A DNA stretch of 64,000 bases, from positions 9,162-73,161 of the forward strand of contig CBHTUE010000002.1 of assembly GCA_966096115.1 (NCBI GenBank), read 5' to 3'. Positions 21,930 through 31,730 of the stretch are shown in pieces (position 1 is the stretch's first letter; each line of letters begins with the position of its first letter). The notes under the pieces are model-generated. The model was not told the origin of the DNA, ran no database searches, and worked only from the letters and a program-made list of their open reading frames with translations. The position numbers and the translations under genes were made by a program. This DNA is from an uncultured Phenylobacterium sp. (lineage in GTDB: Bacteria; Pseudomonadota; Alphaproteobacteria; Caulobacterales; Caulobacteraceae).

Positions 21930-22717
21930 GCAGCCGGACGATCACCTCGCTGTCGAACGAGACGGTGAAGGCCGTTCGCGCGCTACACATGCGCAAGGAA
22001 CGCGACGAGACCGGGCTGTTCGTCGCCGAGGGGCTGAAGAACGTCATCGAGGGCGTCGACACCGGCCACGCGCCGAAGATCCTGATGCACGGCCCCGACG
22101 CGGCCGGCCATCCGATGATGCAGAAGGCGGTGCAGGCGACCCAGGCGGCCGGCGGCCAGGTGATCGAGGTGACCCACGACATCCTGGCCAAGGTCTCGCG
22201 CCGGGAGAACCCGCAGGCGGTGGTGGGGGTGTTCCCGCAGTCATTCCAGGCGCTGGACGCGGTGGAGCCGGGTCCAGCGCAGTGCGTGGTGGCGCTGCAC
22301 CGGGTGCGCGACCCCGGCAACCTGGGGACCATCGTGCGCACCGCCGACGCGGCCGGCTGCGGGGCGGTGATCCTGATCGGCGAGTGCTGCGACCCCTACT
22401 CCGTCGAGGCCGTGCGCGCGACGATGGGCTCGATCTTCGCCGTGCCGTTGGTGAAGGCGACGGAGGCGGAATTCGCCGGCTGGCGCACGGGATGGACCGG
22501 ATCGGTGGTGGGCACGCTGCTGTCGGCGCAGGTCGACCACCGCGAGGCCGCCTACGCCAAGCCTGCCCTGGTCCTGATGGGCAACGAGCAGCAGGGCCTG
22601 CCGCCCGAGATGGCGGCGCTGTGCGACGTGAACGTGAAAATCCCCATGCGGGGGCGTGCGGACAGCCTGAACCTGTCGGTGGCCACGGGGATCATGATCT
22701 ACGCCGCGACGGCCTGA
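21926..22717 (+). CDS. TrmH/SpoU family RNA methyltransferase
   Basis: GTGA overlap; RDPGNLGTIVRTADAAG, MGNEQQGL, IPMRGRADSLNLSVA. Confidence 0.93.
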   Translation: MSSRTITSLSNETVKAVRALHMRKERDETGLFVAEGLKNVIEGVDTGHAPKILMHGPDAAGHPMMQKAVQATQAAGGQVIEVTHDILAKVSRRENPQAVVGVFPQSFQALDAVEPGPAQCVVALHRVRDPGNLGTIVRTADAAGCGAVILIGECCDPYSVEAVRATMGSIFAVPLVKATEAEFAGWRTGWTGSVVGTLLSAQVDHREAAYAKPALVLMGNEQQGLPPEMAALCDVNVKIPMRGRADSLNLSVATGIMIYAATA

Positions 22718-22719
22718 GG

Positions 22720-23079
22720 CTACTTCAGCGCGATGGACATCTGGTAGCCGATGAACCGGCCGCTGGGGTCGTAGCCGCGGGCGGCGGCGGCGCCGGTGGG
22801 CTTCTGGCCGGGCTGGATTCCGCAGAGGAAGCCCAGCGAGCGGGTGACGTCGTCGTCCTTCTCCGACACCGCGGTCTTGGCGACGCCGGCCGTCCGCAGC
22901 GCGTAGGCTTCCGCATAGGGGGCGGCGAGCTTGATCTTCGCGTTGGGCGCGTCGCCCGGGCGGCTGATCGCAGGCTTCGGCGCCATGACCGCCGCGCGCA
23001 GGGCGTCTGCGGACGATTCCGCTTGGGCGACGCCGGCCACGGCGGAGACGGCGAGGATGACGAACGCGGCACGGCACAT
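22720..23079 (-). CDS. Small secreted hypothetical protein
   Basis: Signal peptide ending AQA; coding-like codon use; no recognisable family. Confidence 0.65.
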   Translation of the reverse strand: MCRAAFVILAVSAVAGVAQAESSADALRAAVMAPKPAISRPGDAPNAKIKLAAPYAEAYALRTAGVAKTAVSEKDDDVTRSLGFLCGIQPGQKPTGAAAARGYDPSGRFIGYQMSIALK

Positions 23080-23196
23080 GGAACGGCGCTCCCGGATCAT
23101 GATCACTCTACGCGGAAAATGGTGAAAGGGACGCGAATTCGCCAGTGCCGCGCGGCGCGACGAGCTGCTAACATGTCAGCGACGAGGAGACGCCGC

Positions 23197-23997
23197 ATGG
23201 ATGCCGCTCACGCGTTGACCGCCACCGAAGCCGAGGGCCTGGACCGCGACGGCTTCATCCTGCGCCAGGGGGTGTTCCGCCCCGCCGAGATGCACCGCCT
23301 GGCGGCCGACTGCGAGGCGCTGGCGGAGCGGATCCAGGCCTCGGCGCGGGGCGAGAAGGAGGTCGGCGGCTCCTACATGTTCCAGCGGCAGTGGGACACG
23401 CTGGTGACGGTGAAGTGGGAGCCGGAGACGCCGGACCTGCTGCAGGGCGTCGAACCCCTGGCGCACGTGTCGCCGGAACTGAAGGCGTGGGGCGAGGATA
23501 CGCGGCTAGCCGGTCCGGCGGCCGCGATGATTGGCGGGCCCGCGACGTTGTGGACCGAGAAGCTGAACCTGAAGCGGGCGCGCGATGGCGGCTCCTACAC
23601 CCTGCACCAGGACTATCCCTACTGGCGCAAGATCAACGCGGCGGCCGACCGGATCGTCACCGCCATGGTGTTCATGGACGACGCCACCGAGGAGAACGGC
23701 TGCCTGCTGGCGGCGCCGGGGAGCCATCGGCAAGGGATGCACCCACGGCGCGACGTCGAGGGGATCGGCGGGCTGGAGATGGATCCGGCGCGGTTCGACC
23801 CCAGCCGGTTGACCCCGATCAAGGCGAAGGCGGGGGACGTGCTCTTCTTCGGCGCGTTCCTGGTCCACAAGTCGCTGCCGAACCGTTCGGCGCAGGACCG
23901 GCGCGCCCTGCTCTACTCGTACCAGCCCGCCGGCATGCCGCATAACTCCGAGGTCAGGGCGCGGCTGTGGCCCGAGCAGCGGCTCACGGTGAGCTGA
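23197..23997 (+). CDS. Phytanoyl-CoA dioxygenase (PhyH) family Fe(II)/2-oxoglutarate oxygenase
   Basis: SD GAGGAG; DGF start motif, HQDYPYW (HxD), distal His in FLVHKSLPNRS, RRALL. Confidence 0.88.
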   Translation: MDAAHALTATEAEGLDRDGFILRQGVFRPAEMHRLAADCEALAERIQASARGEKEVGGSYMFQRQWDTLVTVKWEPETPDLLQGVEPLAHVSPELKAWGEDTRLAGPAAAMIGGPATLWTEKLNLKRARDGGSYTLHQDYPYWRKINAAADRIVTAMVFMDDATEENGCLLAAPGSHRQGMHPRRDVEGIGGLEMDPARFDPSRLTPIKAKAGDVLFFGAFLVHKSLPNRSAQDRRALLYSYQPAGMPHNSEVRARLWPEQRLTVS

Positions 23998-24019
23998 GTT
24001 GAGATTCCGCGTCCGCCGG

Positions 24020-24046
24020 TGTCACAACCGCGGCGCCTGAGCCGTC
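24020..24046 (+). promoter_or_regulatory. ECF41 (SigJ-type) sigma factor promoter
   Basis: TGTCACA-N16-CGTC, exact match to the ECF41 consensus, upstream of a carboxymuconolactone decarboxylase family gene (the classic ECF41 target). Confidence 0.8.
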
Positions 24047-24068
24047 CTGGGAGAAAGGAGATACTCCC

Positions 24069-24536
24069 ATGACCCAACGACTGAATCCCCAAGCGGTGGC
24101 CCCCAAGGCCATGGAGCCGATGATGGCCCTGGAGGCCTACATCGCCGCCAGCGGTCTCGAGGAAAGCCTGCGCCACCTCGTGAAGATGCGGGCGTCACAG
24201 ATCAACGGCTGCGCCTACTGCCTGCACATGCATTCGTCCGACGCGATCGCGCATGGCGAGACCCCCGCCCGGCTGTTCCTGCTGGACGCCTGGCAAGAGT
24301 CCAAGCTGTTCACGCCGCGCGAACAGGCGGCCCTGGCCTGGACGGACGCCCTCACCCGCGTCGCCGACACCCATGCGCCGGACGCGGACTACGAAGGGTT
24401 GAAGGCCCACTTCAGCGACGCCGAGATCGCCAATCTCACGATGCTGATCGCCACCATCAACAGCTGGAACCGCATCGCCATCAGCTTCCGCCTGCAGCAC
24501 CCGCATGATCGGCCCGCGCGCCAAGCGGCGGCTTAG
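24069..24536 (+). CDS. Carboxymuconolactone decarboxylase/AhpD family protein
   Basis: RASQINGCAYCLHMH CxxC motif, INSWNR; SD AAGGAG. Confidence 0.92.
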   Translation: MTQRLNPQAVAPKAMEPMMALEAYIAASGLEESLRHLVKMRASQINGCAYCLHMHSSDAIAHGETPARLFLLDAWQESKLFTPREQAALAWTDALTRVADTHAPDADYEGLKAHFSDAEIANLTMLIATINSWNRIAISFRLQHPHDRPARQAAA

Positions 24537-24556
24537 GCACAGGTAACCAAGAGCAC

Positions 24557-24684
24557 CGTCATCCCCCGGCTTGTCCGGGGGCCCCATGCTTTGGCCCCAC
24601 GTGATTGCCCGGCGGGTCGCAGCTCGCGGGCCTTCGGGCAAGATCGGTGTGAATGGGTCCCCCGGACAAGCCCGGGGGATGACG
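24557..24684. repeat. REP/MITE-like palindromic element, copy 2
   Basis: Same terminal arms as 10090-10225 with minor changes (extra C in the right arm, ACC to CCC in the left arm) and a related internal core (CACGTGA, GGGTCGC, CGGTGTGAATGGGT). Confidence 0.85.
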
Positions 24685-24711
24685 AGCTTTTGAAGGTGTG
24701 CGCCCGCGTGC

Positions 24712-27141
24712 TCACGTTCCCCGCGGCTTCGCCCGGGTCGTGGGTTGGGCCGTGGCGGGGTCTTCCGGCCAGACGTGCTTGGGGTAGCGGCCGCGCATGT
24801 CGGTGCGGACGTCCTTCCATGAGCCTTTCCAGAAGCCCGGCAGGTCCCGGGTGGTCTGGATCGGGCGATGGCCCGGCGACAGCAGCGACATGATGATCGG
24901 CGCGCCGCCGACGGTGGGGTGCGCGCTCAGGCCGTAGACTTCCTGCACGCGCACGTCCACGCGGGGGCCGCCCTCCGCGGCGTAGTCGATGGCGAAGCTG
25001 TTTCCTGTGGGCGCGGTCCAACGGGCGGGTGCCTCGGCGTCCAGCCGGCGCTGCAGGTCCCAGGGGACGAGGGCGCGCAGGGCCCCGTCGATGACGTCGG
25101 GCCTGAGGGCGGCGAGCGAGCGGACGCCGACGAGCAGCGGGGTCAGCCAGTCGTCCAGACGGGCGATGAGGGCGGCGTCGGAGAGGTCCGGCCAGGCGGG
25201 GTCGCGGGCGTGCAGGAAGGCCGCGCGCTCGCGCAGGGACGACGCAGCCTCGCCCCAGGGCAGGATGCCTAGCCCCTCGCGGCGGACGCGGTCGGCGAGC
25301 GCGCGGGCGACGAGGACCGGGTCGGGGCTGTCGTCGATGGTCTCGCGCACCGTGAGGCGGCCCAGGCGAACGAGGCGCTTGGCGCGCAGCCGCCCTGCCC
25401 CGCTCTCCTCCAGGCGGTCCTCGGTCTCGAACTGGGCGGAAAAGGCGTCGAGTTCGGCGGGGTCCAGGGGCGCGGCCAGCAGGATGCGGTCGCGGCGGTC
25501 GCCACCCCCCAGTTCGGCCACCGCCAGCCAGGACTCGCGCGCCAGGGCGTCGGTGGGCTCGAGGAAGGCGCCGCGGCCGGTCACCAGCTGGAACTCACCC
25601 TGCCCGCCCCGCGCCTTGGCGACCCGTTCCGGATAGGCAAAGGCTAGCAACAGGCCATCGGAGAGCGGCTCGCCCTTCCCCGGCCTCCCGGTCATACCGG
25701 CCCAGCGGTCGGCCAGCGCCTTGGCGTCACGGGCGCGGGGGCCGCGGTCGCGCTCCAGACCGTCGAGGCGATGGCGCAGGTCGGCGTCGCGGCCGCCCAG
25801 GCCGCGCTCGGTGATCAGGGCGGCGATGCGGGCCGCGCGCGAGGCCTGGCCGGTGGCGGCAGCCTTCAGGACCATATGGGCGAGGCGCGGGCTGAGCGGC
25901 ATGTCGGCGAGCGCACGGCCGTGGGCGGTGAGCATGCCGTCGGCGTCGAGGGCTTCCAGGCGGACCAGCAGCGCGCGGGCCTCGGCGAAGGCGGCGGCGG
26001 GCGGCGGGTCGAGGAAGGCCAGGCCGGTCACGCCTTTCGCGCCCCAGCGGGCGAGGTCGAGGGCCAGGCCCGAGAGGTCGGCGTCGAGGATCTCCGGGTC
26101 GGCGTAGGCGGGCAGCGCGCGGGTCTCGGCCTCGTCCCACAGGCGGTAGCAGGCGCCGGGCTCAGTGCGCCCGGCGCGGCCCCGGCGCTGGTCGGCGGCG
26201 GCGCGAGAGACGCGCACGGTGGCCAGGCGAGTCAGGCCGCTGGCGGGGTCGTAGCGGGGCACGCGGGCCAGGCCGCAATCGATCACCACGCGCACGCCCT
26301 GGATGGTCAGGCTGGTCTCGGCGATCGAGGTGGCGAGCACCACCTTGCGGACGCCGTTGGGAGCCGGCTGGATCGCCCGGTCCTGGTCGCGAGGGTCAAG
26401 CGCGCCGTAGAGCGGCGCGATCTCGACGTTGGCGCGGTTGCGTTCGGCGAGACGTTCCGCCGTGCGCAGGATCTCGCCCTGGCCCGGCAGGAAGACCAGC
26501 AGGCTGCCGGTCTCCTCGGCGAGCGCGCGTTCGATGGCGCGGACCACCTGGTCTTCGACGCGCAGGCGGTCATCGCGGCCGAGGTAGCGGGTCTCGACCG
26601 GGAACATCCGGCCCAGGCTCTCGACCACCGGGGCGCCGTCCAGCAGGCGGGCGACCGCCGCGCCGTCCAGGGTGGCCGACATGACCAGCAGACGCAGGTC
26701 GTCGCGCAGCAGGCTCTGGGCGTCACGGGCCAGCGCCAGGCCCAGGTCGGCGTCCAGGCTGCGCTCGTGGAACTCGTCGAAGATCACGCAGGCGACGCCG
26801 GCCAACTCAGGGTCGCCCAGGATCATGCGGGTGAAGACGCCCTCGGTGACCACCTCAATGCGGGTGGCGGCGGAGACCCTGGACTGCATGCGGACGCGGT
26901 AGCCGACGGTCTGGCCCACCGGCTCGCCCAGGGTCTTGGCCATGCGCTCGGCGGCGGCGCGGGCGGCCAGGCGGCGGGGTTCGAGCACGATGATCCTGCC
27001 GCCCCCCACCCAGGGTTCGGCGAGCAGTTCCAGCGGCACGACGGTGGTCTTGCCGGCGCCGGGCGGGGCCACAAGAACGGCGGCGCTGCCCGAGGACAGC
27101 GCCGCCTTCAGTTCCGGTATCGCGTCGTGAATCGGCAGCAT
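24712..27141 (-). CDS. hrpB: ATP-dependent RNA helicase HrpB
   Basis: APPGAGKTT, DEFHER, MSATLD, QRRGRAGR, C-terminal LLSPGHRPIQTTRDL...RGRYPKHVWP. Confidence 0.95.
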   Translation of the reverse strand: MLPIHDAIPELKAALSSGSAAVLVAPPGAGKTTVVPLELLAEPWVGGGRIIVLEPRRLAARAAAERMAKTLGEPVGQTVGYRVRMQSRVSAATRIEVVTEGVFTRMILGDPELAGVACVIFDEFHERSLDADLGLALARDAQSLLRDDLRLLVMSATLDGAAVARLLDGAPVVESLGRMFPVETRYLGRDDRLRVEDQVVRAIERALAEETGSLLVFLPGQGEILRTAERLAERNRANVEIAPLYGALDPRDQDRAIQPAPNGVRKVVLATSIAETSLTIQGVRVVIDCGLARVPRYDPASGLTRLATVRVSRAAADQRRGRAGRTEPGACYRLWDEAETRALPAYADPEILDADLSGLALDLARWGAKGVTGLAFLDPPPAAAFAEARALLVRLEALDADGMLTAHGRALADMPLSPRLAHMVLKAAATGQASRAARIAALITERGLGGRDADLRHRLDGLERDRGPRARDAKALADRWAGMTGRPGKGEPLSDGLLLAFAYPERVAKARGGQGEFQLVTGRGAFLEPTDALARESWLAVAELGGGDRRDRILLAAPLDPAELDAFSAQFETEDRLEESGAGRLRAKRLVRLGRLTVRETIDDSPDPVLVARALADRVRREGLGILPWGEAASSLRERAAFLHARDPAWPDLSDAALIARLDDWLTPLLVGVRSLAALRPDVIDGALRALVPWDLQRRLDAEAPARWTAPTGNSFAIDYAAEGGPRVDVRVQEVYGLSAHPTVGGAPIIMSLLSPGHRPIQTTRDLPGFWKGSWKDVRTDMRGRYPKHVWPEDPATAQPTTRAKPRGT

Positions 27142-27155
27142 GTGCTGCCTTCGAC

Positions 27156-28778
27156 TTAGCCCTGGCCGCGGGGGTCTTCACCCACGCGGTGCGGCAGTTC
27201 GCGCGGCTCGCCCTCGCCGCCCGTCACCAGCACGCCCTTGCCCAGGTTGGAGCTGCGGATGCCGTAGACGAAGTAGATGACGATCCCGATCGCCAGATAG
27301 ATCAGGAAGAAGTTGCGGGTGGCCGGCGTCGACATCAAGCTCATCAGCAGCACCGCGCACATGACCGCGCCGAGGATCGGGACCAGCGGGAACAAGGGCG
27401 TACGGAACGGGCGGGTCAGTTCCGGATGGCTCCGGCGCAGGTAGATCACCGTGATGCAGACCAGGGCGAAGGCGGCCAGCGAGCCGACGTTCGAGAGGTC
27501 CGAAAGCGCGTCCAGCGACAGGAAGCCCGCCGCCAGCATCGCCGCCACGCCGACGATGATGGTGTTGATCCAGGGCGTCTTGAAACGCGGGTGCACGGTG
27601 GCGAGTGACTTGGGCAGCAGGCCGTCCCTGGAGATGGTGTAGAACACCCGCGTCTGGCCGTAGAGCAGCACCAGCATCACCGACGACAGGCCGGCGATGG
27701 CGCCCACCTTCACCACGAAGGCGAACCACGGCAGCCCCATCTTGTCCGCGGCCAGCGCGATCGGCGCCGGCACGTCCAGTTGGGCGTAGGGGACGATGCC
27801 CACCAGCACGCCGCAGGTCAGGATGTAGAGAATGGTGCAGATGGTCAGCGCGCCCAGGATGCCGATCGGCATGTCCTTGCCGGGGTTCTTGGCCTCGGCG
27901 CCGGCGGTCGAGACCGCCTCGAAGCCCAGGTAGGCGAAGAAGATCACCGCCGCCGCGTGGATCACGCCGCCGATGCCGTACCTGTGCTCGGCGTTGCCGG
28001 TGATGACGTCGCCCAGCGCGCGGCCGATCTGGGCCCAGATGCTCATGTCGGTGCCCGGCGGACGGGCCGGGATTTCGGCGGGGATCAACGGGTTCCACTG
28101 CGCGAAGTCGACGTACTTGAAGCCGATGACGATGAAGGCGATGACCACCGTCACCTTGATGGCGACGACGATGTTGTTGACCGTCGCCGATTCCGACACG
28201 CCGCGGATCAGCAGCAGGGTGACTAGGCCGATGACCGTCAGGGCGGGCAGGTTGATCATCCCGGTGCCCAGCACATTGCCGTCGTGGTCCTTGACGATCA
28301 CCCCCGGAGCCGCCTGTAGCGCGGCGGGTATATCTATCCCGAAGTCGTGCATGAGGCTGACGAAGTAACCGGACCAGCCGACCGACACGGTCGAGGCCGC
28401 CAGCCCGTACTCCAGCACCAGCAGCAGTCCCATCACCCAGGCCGCCCCCTCGCCCATCGAGGCGTAGGTGTAGGAATAGGCCGAGCCGGAGACCGGCAGG
28501 GCCGAGGCCAGCTCGGCGTAGCAGAGCGCCACGAAGGCGCAGAGCGTGCCGGTGATCACGAAGGAGATCATGATGCCCGGGCCGGCAAACGTCGCCGAGG
28601 CGCGACCCGTCAGCACGAAGATGCCGGTGCCGATGATGCAGCCGATGCCCAGGAGGATGAGGTTGATCGCGCCCAGCGAGCGCTTCAGCTCCCCGTGCTC
28701 ATGCTCGGACTGAATCTGTCCGACCGATTTGCGCAGGAAGATGCGCGCCATTCCATTCGCCATACGGCTGTTTCCCAT
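27156..28778 (-). CDS. APC family amino acid permease
   Basis: GIGCIIGTGIF, YAELASALPVSGSAY, FFAYLGFE, multiple TM helices; start could be 28778 or 28763. Confidence 0.92.
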   Translation of the reverse strand: MGNSRMANGMARIFLRKSVGQIQSEHEHGELKRSLGAINLILLGIGCIIGTGIFVLTGRASATFAGPGIMISFVITGTLCAFVALCYAELASALPVSGSAYSYTYASMGEGAAWVMGLLLVLEYGLAASTVSVGWSGYFVSLMHDFGIDIPAALQAAPGVIVKDHDGNVLGTGMINLPALTVIGLVTLLLIRGVSESATVNNIVVAIKVTVVIAFIVIGFKYVDFAQWNPLIPAEIPARPPGTDMSIWAQIGRALGDVITGNAEHRYGIGGVIHAAAVIFFAYLGFEAVSTAGAEAKNPGKDMPIGILGALTICTILYILTCGVLVGIVPYAQLDVPAPIALAADKMGLPWFAFVVKVGAIAGLSSVMLVLLYGQTRVFYTISRDGLLPKSLATVHPRFKTPWINTIIVGVAAMLAAGFLSLDALSDLSNVGSLAAFALVCITVIYLRRSHPELTRPFRTPLFPLVPILGAVMCAVLLMSLMSTPATRNFFLIYLAIGIVIYFVYGIRSSNLGKGVLVTGGEGEPRELPHRVGEDPRGQG

Positions 28779-28902
28779 GTCGATTCTGCCCTCGAAGGGC
28801 TTGTGCGGCACGCTAGCCGTCCCCAGGGGAACCGGCAATGCAGCGACCGATCGCCCGCCCGGCTTTCAATTTCCGTCCTGAAATCCGATCATGTGCGTCG
28901 AC

Positions 28903-29580
28903 ATGAACGCACCCACGCCCCCGCCCCTGCCCATCCGCGCCCTGATCGCGCCGGTGACGCCGCTGCAGCAGAACTGCACCATCGTGTGGTGCGAGAAGAC
29001 CCGGAAGGCGGCGATCATCGATCCCGGCGGCGAGGTTCCGCGGTTGATGGCGGCCCTGAAGGAGCACGGCCTGACGCTGGAGAAGATCTGGATCACCCAC
29101 GGCCACCTGGACCACGCGGGTGGTACGGCGGCGCTGAAGGAACTGACCGGCGTCCCCATCGAGGGGCCGCACCCCGACGACGCCTTCTGGATCGACCAGA
29201 TCGACGAGTCCGGGCTGAAGTGGGGCATGCCGGAAGCGCGGGGCTTCACGCCGGACCGCTGGCTGCACGACGGCGACGTGGTCACCCTGGGCGAGACGCA
29301 GTTCGAGGTGATCCACTGCCCGGGCCACACGCCGGGGCACATCGTGTTCTACCACCGCGAGGCGCGGTTCGCGCAGGTGGGCGACGTACTGTTCAAGGGC
29401 TCGATCGGGCGGACCGACTTCCCGCGGGGGAACTATCAGCAGCTGATCGACGCCATCACCCAGAAGCTGTGGCCGCTGGGCGAGGACGTGAGCTTCGTGC
29501 CGGGGCACGGGCCGATGTCGACCTTCGGCCACGAGCGAAAGACCAACGGCTACGTCTCCGACCTGATGCTGGGCGAATGA
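28903..29580 (+). CDS. MBL-fold metallohydrolase (glyoxalase II/YcbL-like)
   Basis: THGHLDHAGG, PGHTPGH, GDVLF, PGHG. Confidence 0.92.
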   Translation: MNAPTPPPLPIRALIAPVTPLQQNCTIVWCEKTRKAAIIDPGGEVPRLMAALKEHGLTLEKIWITHGHLDHAGGTAALKELTGVPIEGPHPDDAFWIDQIDESGLKWGMPEARGFTPDRWLHDGDVVTLGETQFEVIHCPGHTPGHIVFYHREARFAQVGDVLFKGSIGRTDFPRGNYQQLIDAITQKLWPLGEDVSFVPGHGPMSTFGHERKTNGYVSDLMLGE

Positions 29581-29676
29581 GCGGGGCCGCCATCTTTGGG
29601 ACACTCGGGTTTCAGCTGAGACATCCGCACGTTACGGCCGACGCACATCTTGCCGGCCATGGAGCTAGACACTGAC

Positions 29677-30396
29677 ATGGCCGGGGCCGGCGCCCGTATC
29701 CTGATGGTCGACGACGACCCCGGCATCCGCGACGTGGTGTCCGACTTCCTGGGCAAGCACGGCTACAAGGTCGAGACCGCCGCCGACGCCACGGAGATGG
29801 AGCGCGTCCTGGAGCGCGGGCCGGTCGACCTGATCGTCCTCGACGTGATGCTGCCCGGCGAGGACGGCCTGGCCGTCTGCCGCCGCATGACCACCACCGA
29901 GACCGCGCCGCCGATCATCATGCTGTCGGCGATGGGCGAGGACACCGACCGCATCGTCGGCCTGGAACTGGGGGCCGACGACTATCTGGCGAAGCCCTGC
30001 AATCCCCGGGAGTTGCTGGCGCGGGTTCGCGCGGTGCTGCGCCGCGCCGAGCAGCGCAGCGCCACCGGGCAGCTGGGCGCCGGTTGCGAGTTCGCCGGCT
30101 GGCGGCTGGACCTTGTGCGGCGCGAGCTGCGCAGTCCAGCGGGCGTGGTGGTGAACCTGTCGTCCGGCGAGTTCTCGCTGCTGCGCGCGTTCGTGGAGCG
30201 GCCGCAGCGCGTGCTGACCCGCGACCAGTTGCTGGAGTTCGCCCGCGGGCCGGACAGCGACGCCTTCGACCGCGCGATCGACGTGCAGATCAGCCGGCTG
30301 CGGCGCAAGCTGGACGACGGCGGCGGCGGCCACGACCTGATCCGCACGATCCGCAACGAGGGCTACATGTTCACGGCCAAGGTGAAGCGGACGTGA
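29677..30396 (+). CDS. OmpR family response regulator
   Basis: ILMVDDD, LDVMLPG, GADDYLAKP, winged helix DVQISRLRRKL...TIRNEGY; start uncertain (29650/29659/29677). Confidence 0.93.
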   Translation: MAGAGARILMVDDDPGIRDVVSDFLGKHGYKVETAADATEMERVLERGPVDLIVLDVMLPGEDGLAVCRRMTTTETAPPIIMLSAMGEDTDRIVGLELGADDYLAKPCNPRELLARVRAVLRRAEQRSATGQLGAGCEFAGWRLDLVRRELRSPAGVVVNLSSGEFSLLRAFVERPQRVLTRDQLLEFARGPDSDAFDRAIDVQISRLRRKLDDGGGGHDLIRTIRNEGYMFTAKVKRT

Positions 30397-31730
30397 AGCC
30401 CGCGCGTCCCACGGCGCCGCTTCTGGTGCAGTTGCTGACGCTGACCGGCCTGACGCTGGTCGCCGCCTGGGGGATGAGCACCATCCTCCTGATCTACATC
30501 CCGCCCCCGGCCCCGGACTTCTACCGGCTGTCGGAGATCGAGCAGACGCTGCGCGGGAGCCCGCCGACCTTCACCGAGCGCAAGCCGCTGGAACGGGCCC
30601 TGCTCGACAAGCCGCCCAGCCCGGTGCTGGAGGGCCGCGTCGTGCCCGACATGCGCAACAAGATCGCCCAGGACCTGGGCCTGCGCCCGGCCGACGTGGT
30701 GATCGCGGGCAAGCGCGGGCTGCTCTCCGACCGCCGCGTCGGCCGCATCATCCGCGACCGCGTGGCCAAGGCCGGGATGCGCGAGGAAGAGCACTTCCTG
30801 ATCGCGCCGTTCCAGGTGGGCGTGCGCCAGGCGGACGGCCGCTGGGCGGTGGCCGAACCGCAGCCGACGTTCGGGCTCTCGGACTGGCAGCAGCGGCTGG
30901 CGCTGTGGTTCGTGATGTCGGCGCTGGCGATGTCGCCGGTGGTCTACCTGTTCGCCCGGCGGCTGGCCCGGCCGATCCAGCAGTTCGCCAACGCCGCCGA
31001 GCGCCTGGGCCGCGACCCCCGCGCCACGCCGCTGGAACTGCAGGGCTCGGCCGAGATCGGCGTCGCCGCCCGCGCCTTCAACGAGATGCAGGAGCGCCTG
31101 CGCCGGTACGTCGAGGACCGCACCGCCATGGTGGGCGCGATCGCCCACGACCTGCGCACCCCCCTCACCCGCCTGCGGTTCCGCATCGAGGGCCTGCCCG
31201 AGGACCAGCGCGCGAAGTACGCCGCCGACCTGGACCAGATGGAGGAGATGATCACCGCCACCCTGCTGTTCGTGCGCGACTCCACGCGCGGCGGCGAACG
31301 CACGCCGCTGGAGCTGTCGTCGCTGGTCGAGAGCCTGTGTGACGAGATGGCGGAGACCGGGTCGAAGACCGAGGTCGTGCGGGGCGACAAGGTGGTGCTG
31401 GAGGGCGACCCGATGGCGCTGCGCCGGCTGATCGCCAACCTGCTGGAGAACGCGGTGAAGTTCGGCGGCCGCGCGCGGGCCCGGGTGTTCGCCGACGCCG
31501 GGAACGCGGTGGTCGAGATCGACGACGACGGCCCGGGCATTCCGGCGGCCGAGACCGAGCGGGTGTTCGAACCCTTCTACCGGCGCGAGCCCTCCCGCAG
31601 CCGCCAGACCGGCGGCATCGGCCTGGGCCTGGCGGTGGTCCGCTCCATCGCCCGCGGCCACGGCGGCGACGTGAACCTGATCAACCGCGCCGGCGGCGGA
31701 CTCACCGCGCGGGTGCAGCTGCCGCTCTAG
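30393..31730 (+). CDS. Sensor histidine kinase with HAMP domain
   Basis: GTGA overlap; two TM helices, HDLRTPL H-box, NLLENAVKF, DDGPGI, GLGL. Confidence 0.93.
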   Translation: MKPARPTAPLLVQLLTLTGLTLVAAWGMSTILLIYIPPPAPDFYRLSEIEQTLRGSPPTFTERKPLERALLDKPPSPVLEGRVVPDMRNKIAQDLGLRPADVVIAGKRGLLSDRRVGRIIRDRVAKAGMREEEHFLIAPFQVGVRQADGRWAVAEPQPTFGLSDWQQRLALWFVMSALAMSPVVYLFARRLARPIQQFANAAERLGRDPRATPLELQGSAEIGVAARAFNEMQERLRRYVEDRTAMVGAIAHDLRTPLTRLRFRIEGLPEDQRAKYAADLDQMEEMITATLLFVRDSTRGGERTPLELSSLVESLCDEMAETGSKTEVVRGDKVVLEGDPMALRRLIANLLENAVKFGGRARARVFADAGNAVVEIDDDGPGIPAAETERVFEPFYRREPSRSRQTGGIGLGLAVVRSIARGHGGDVNLINRAGGGLTARVQLPL

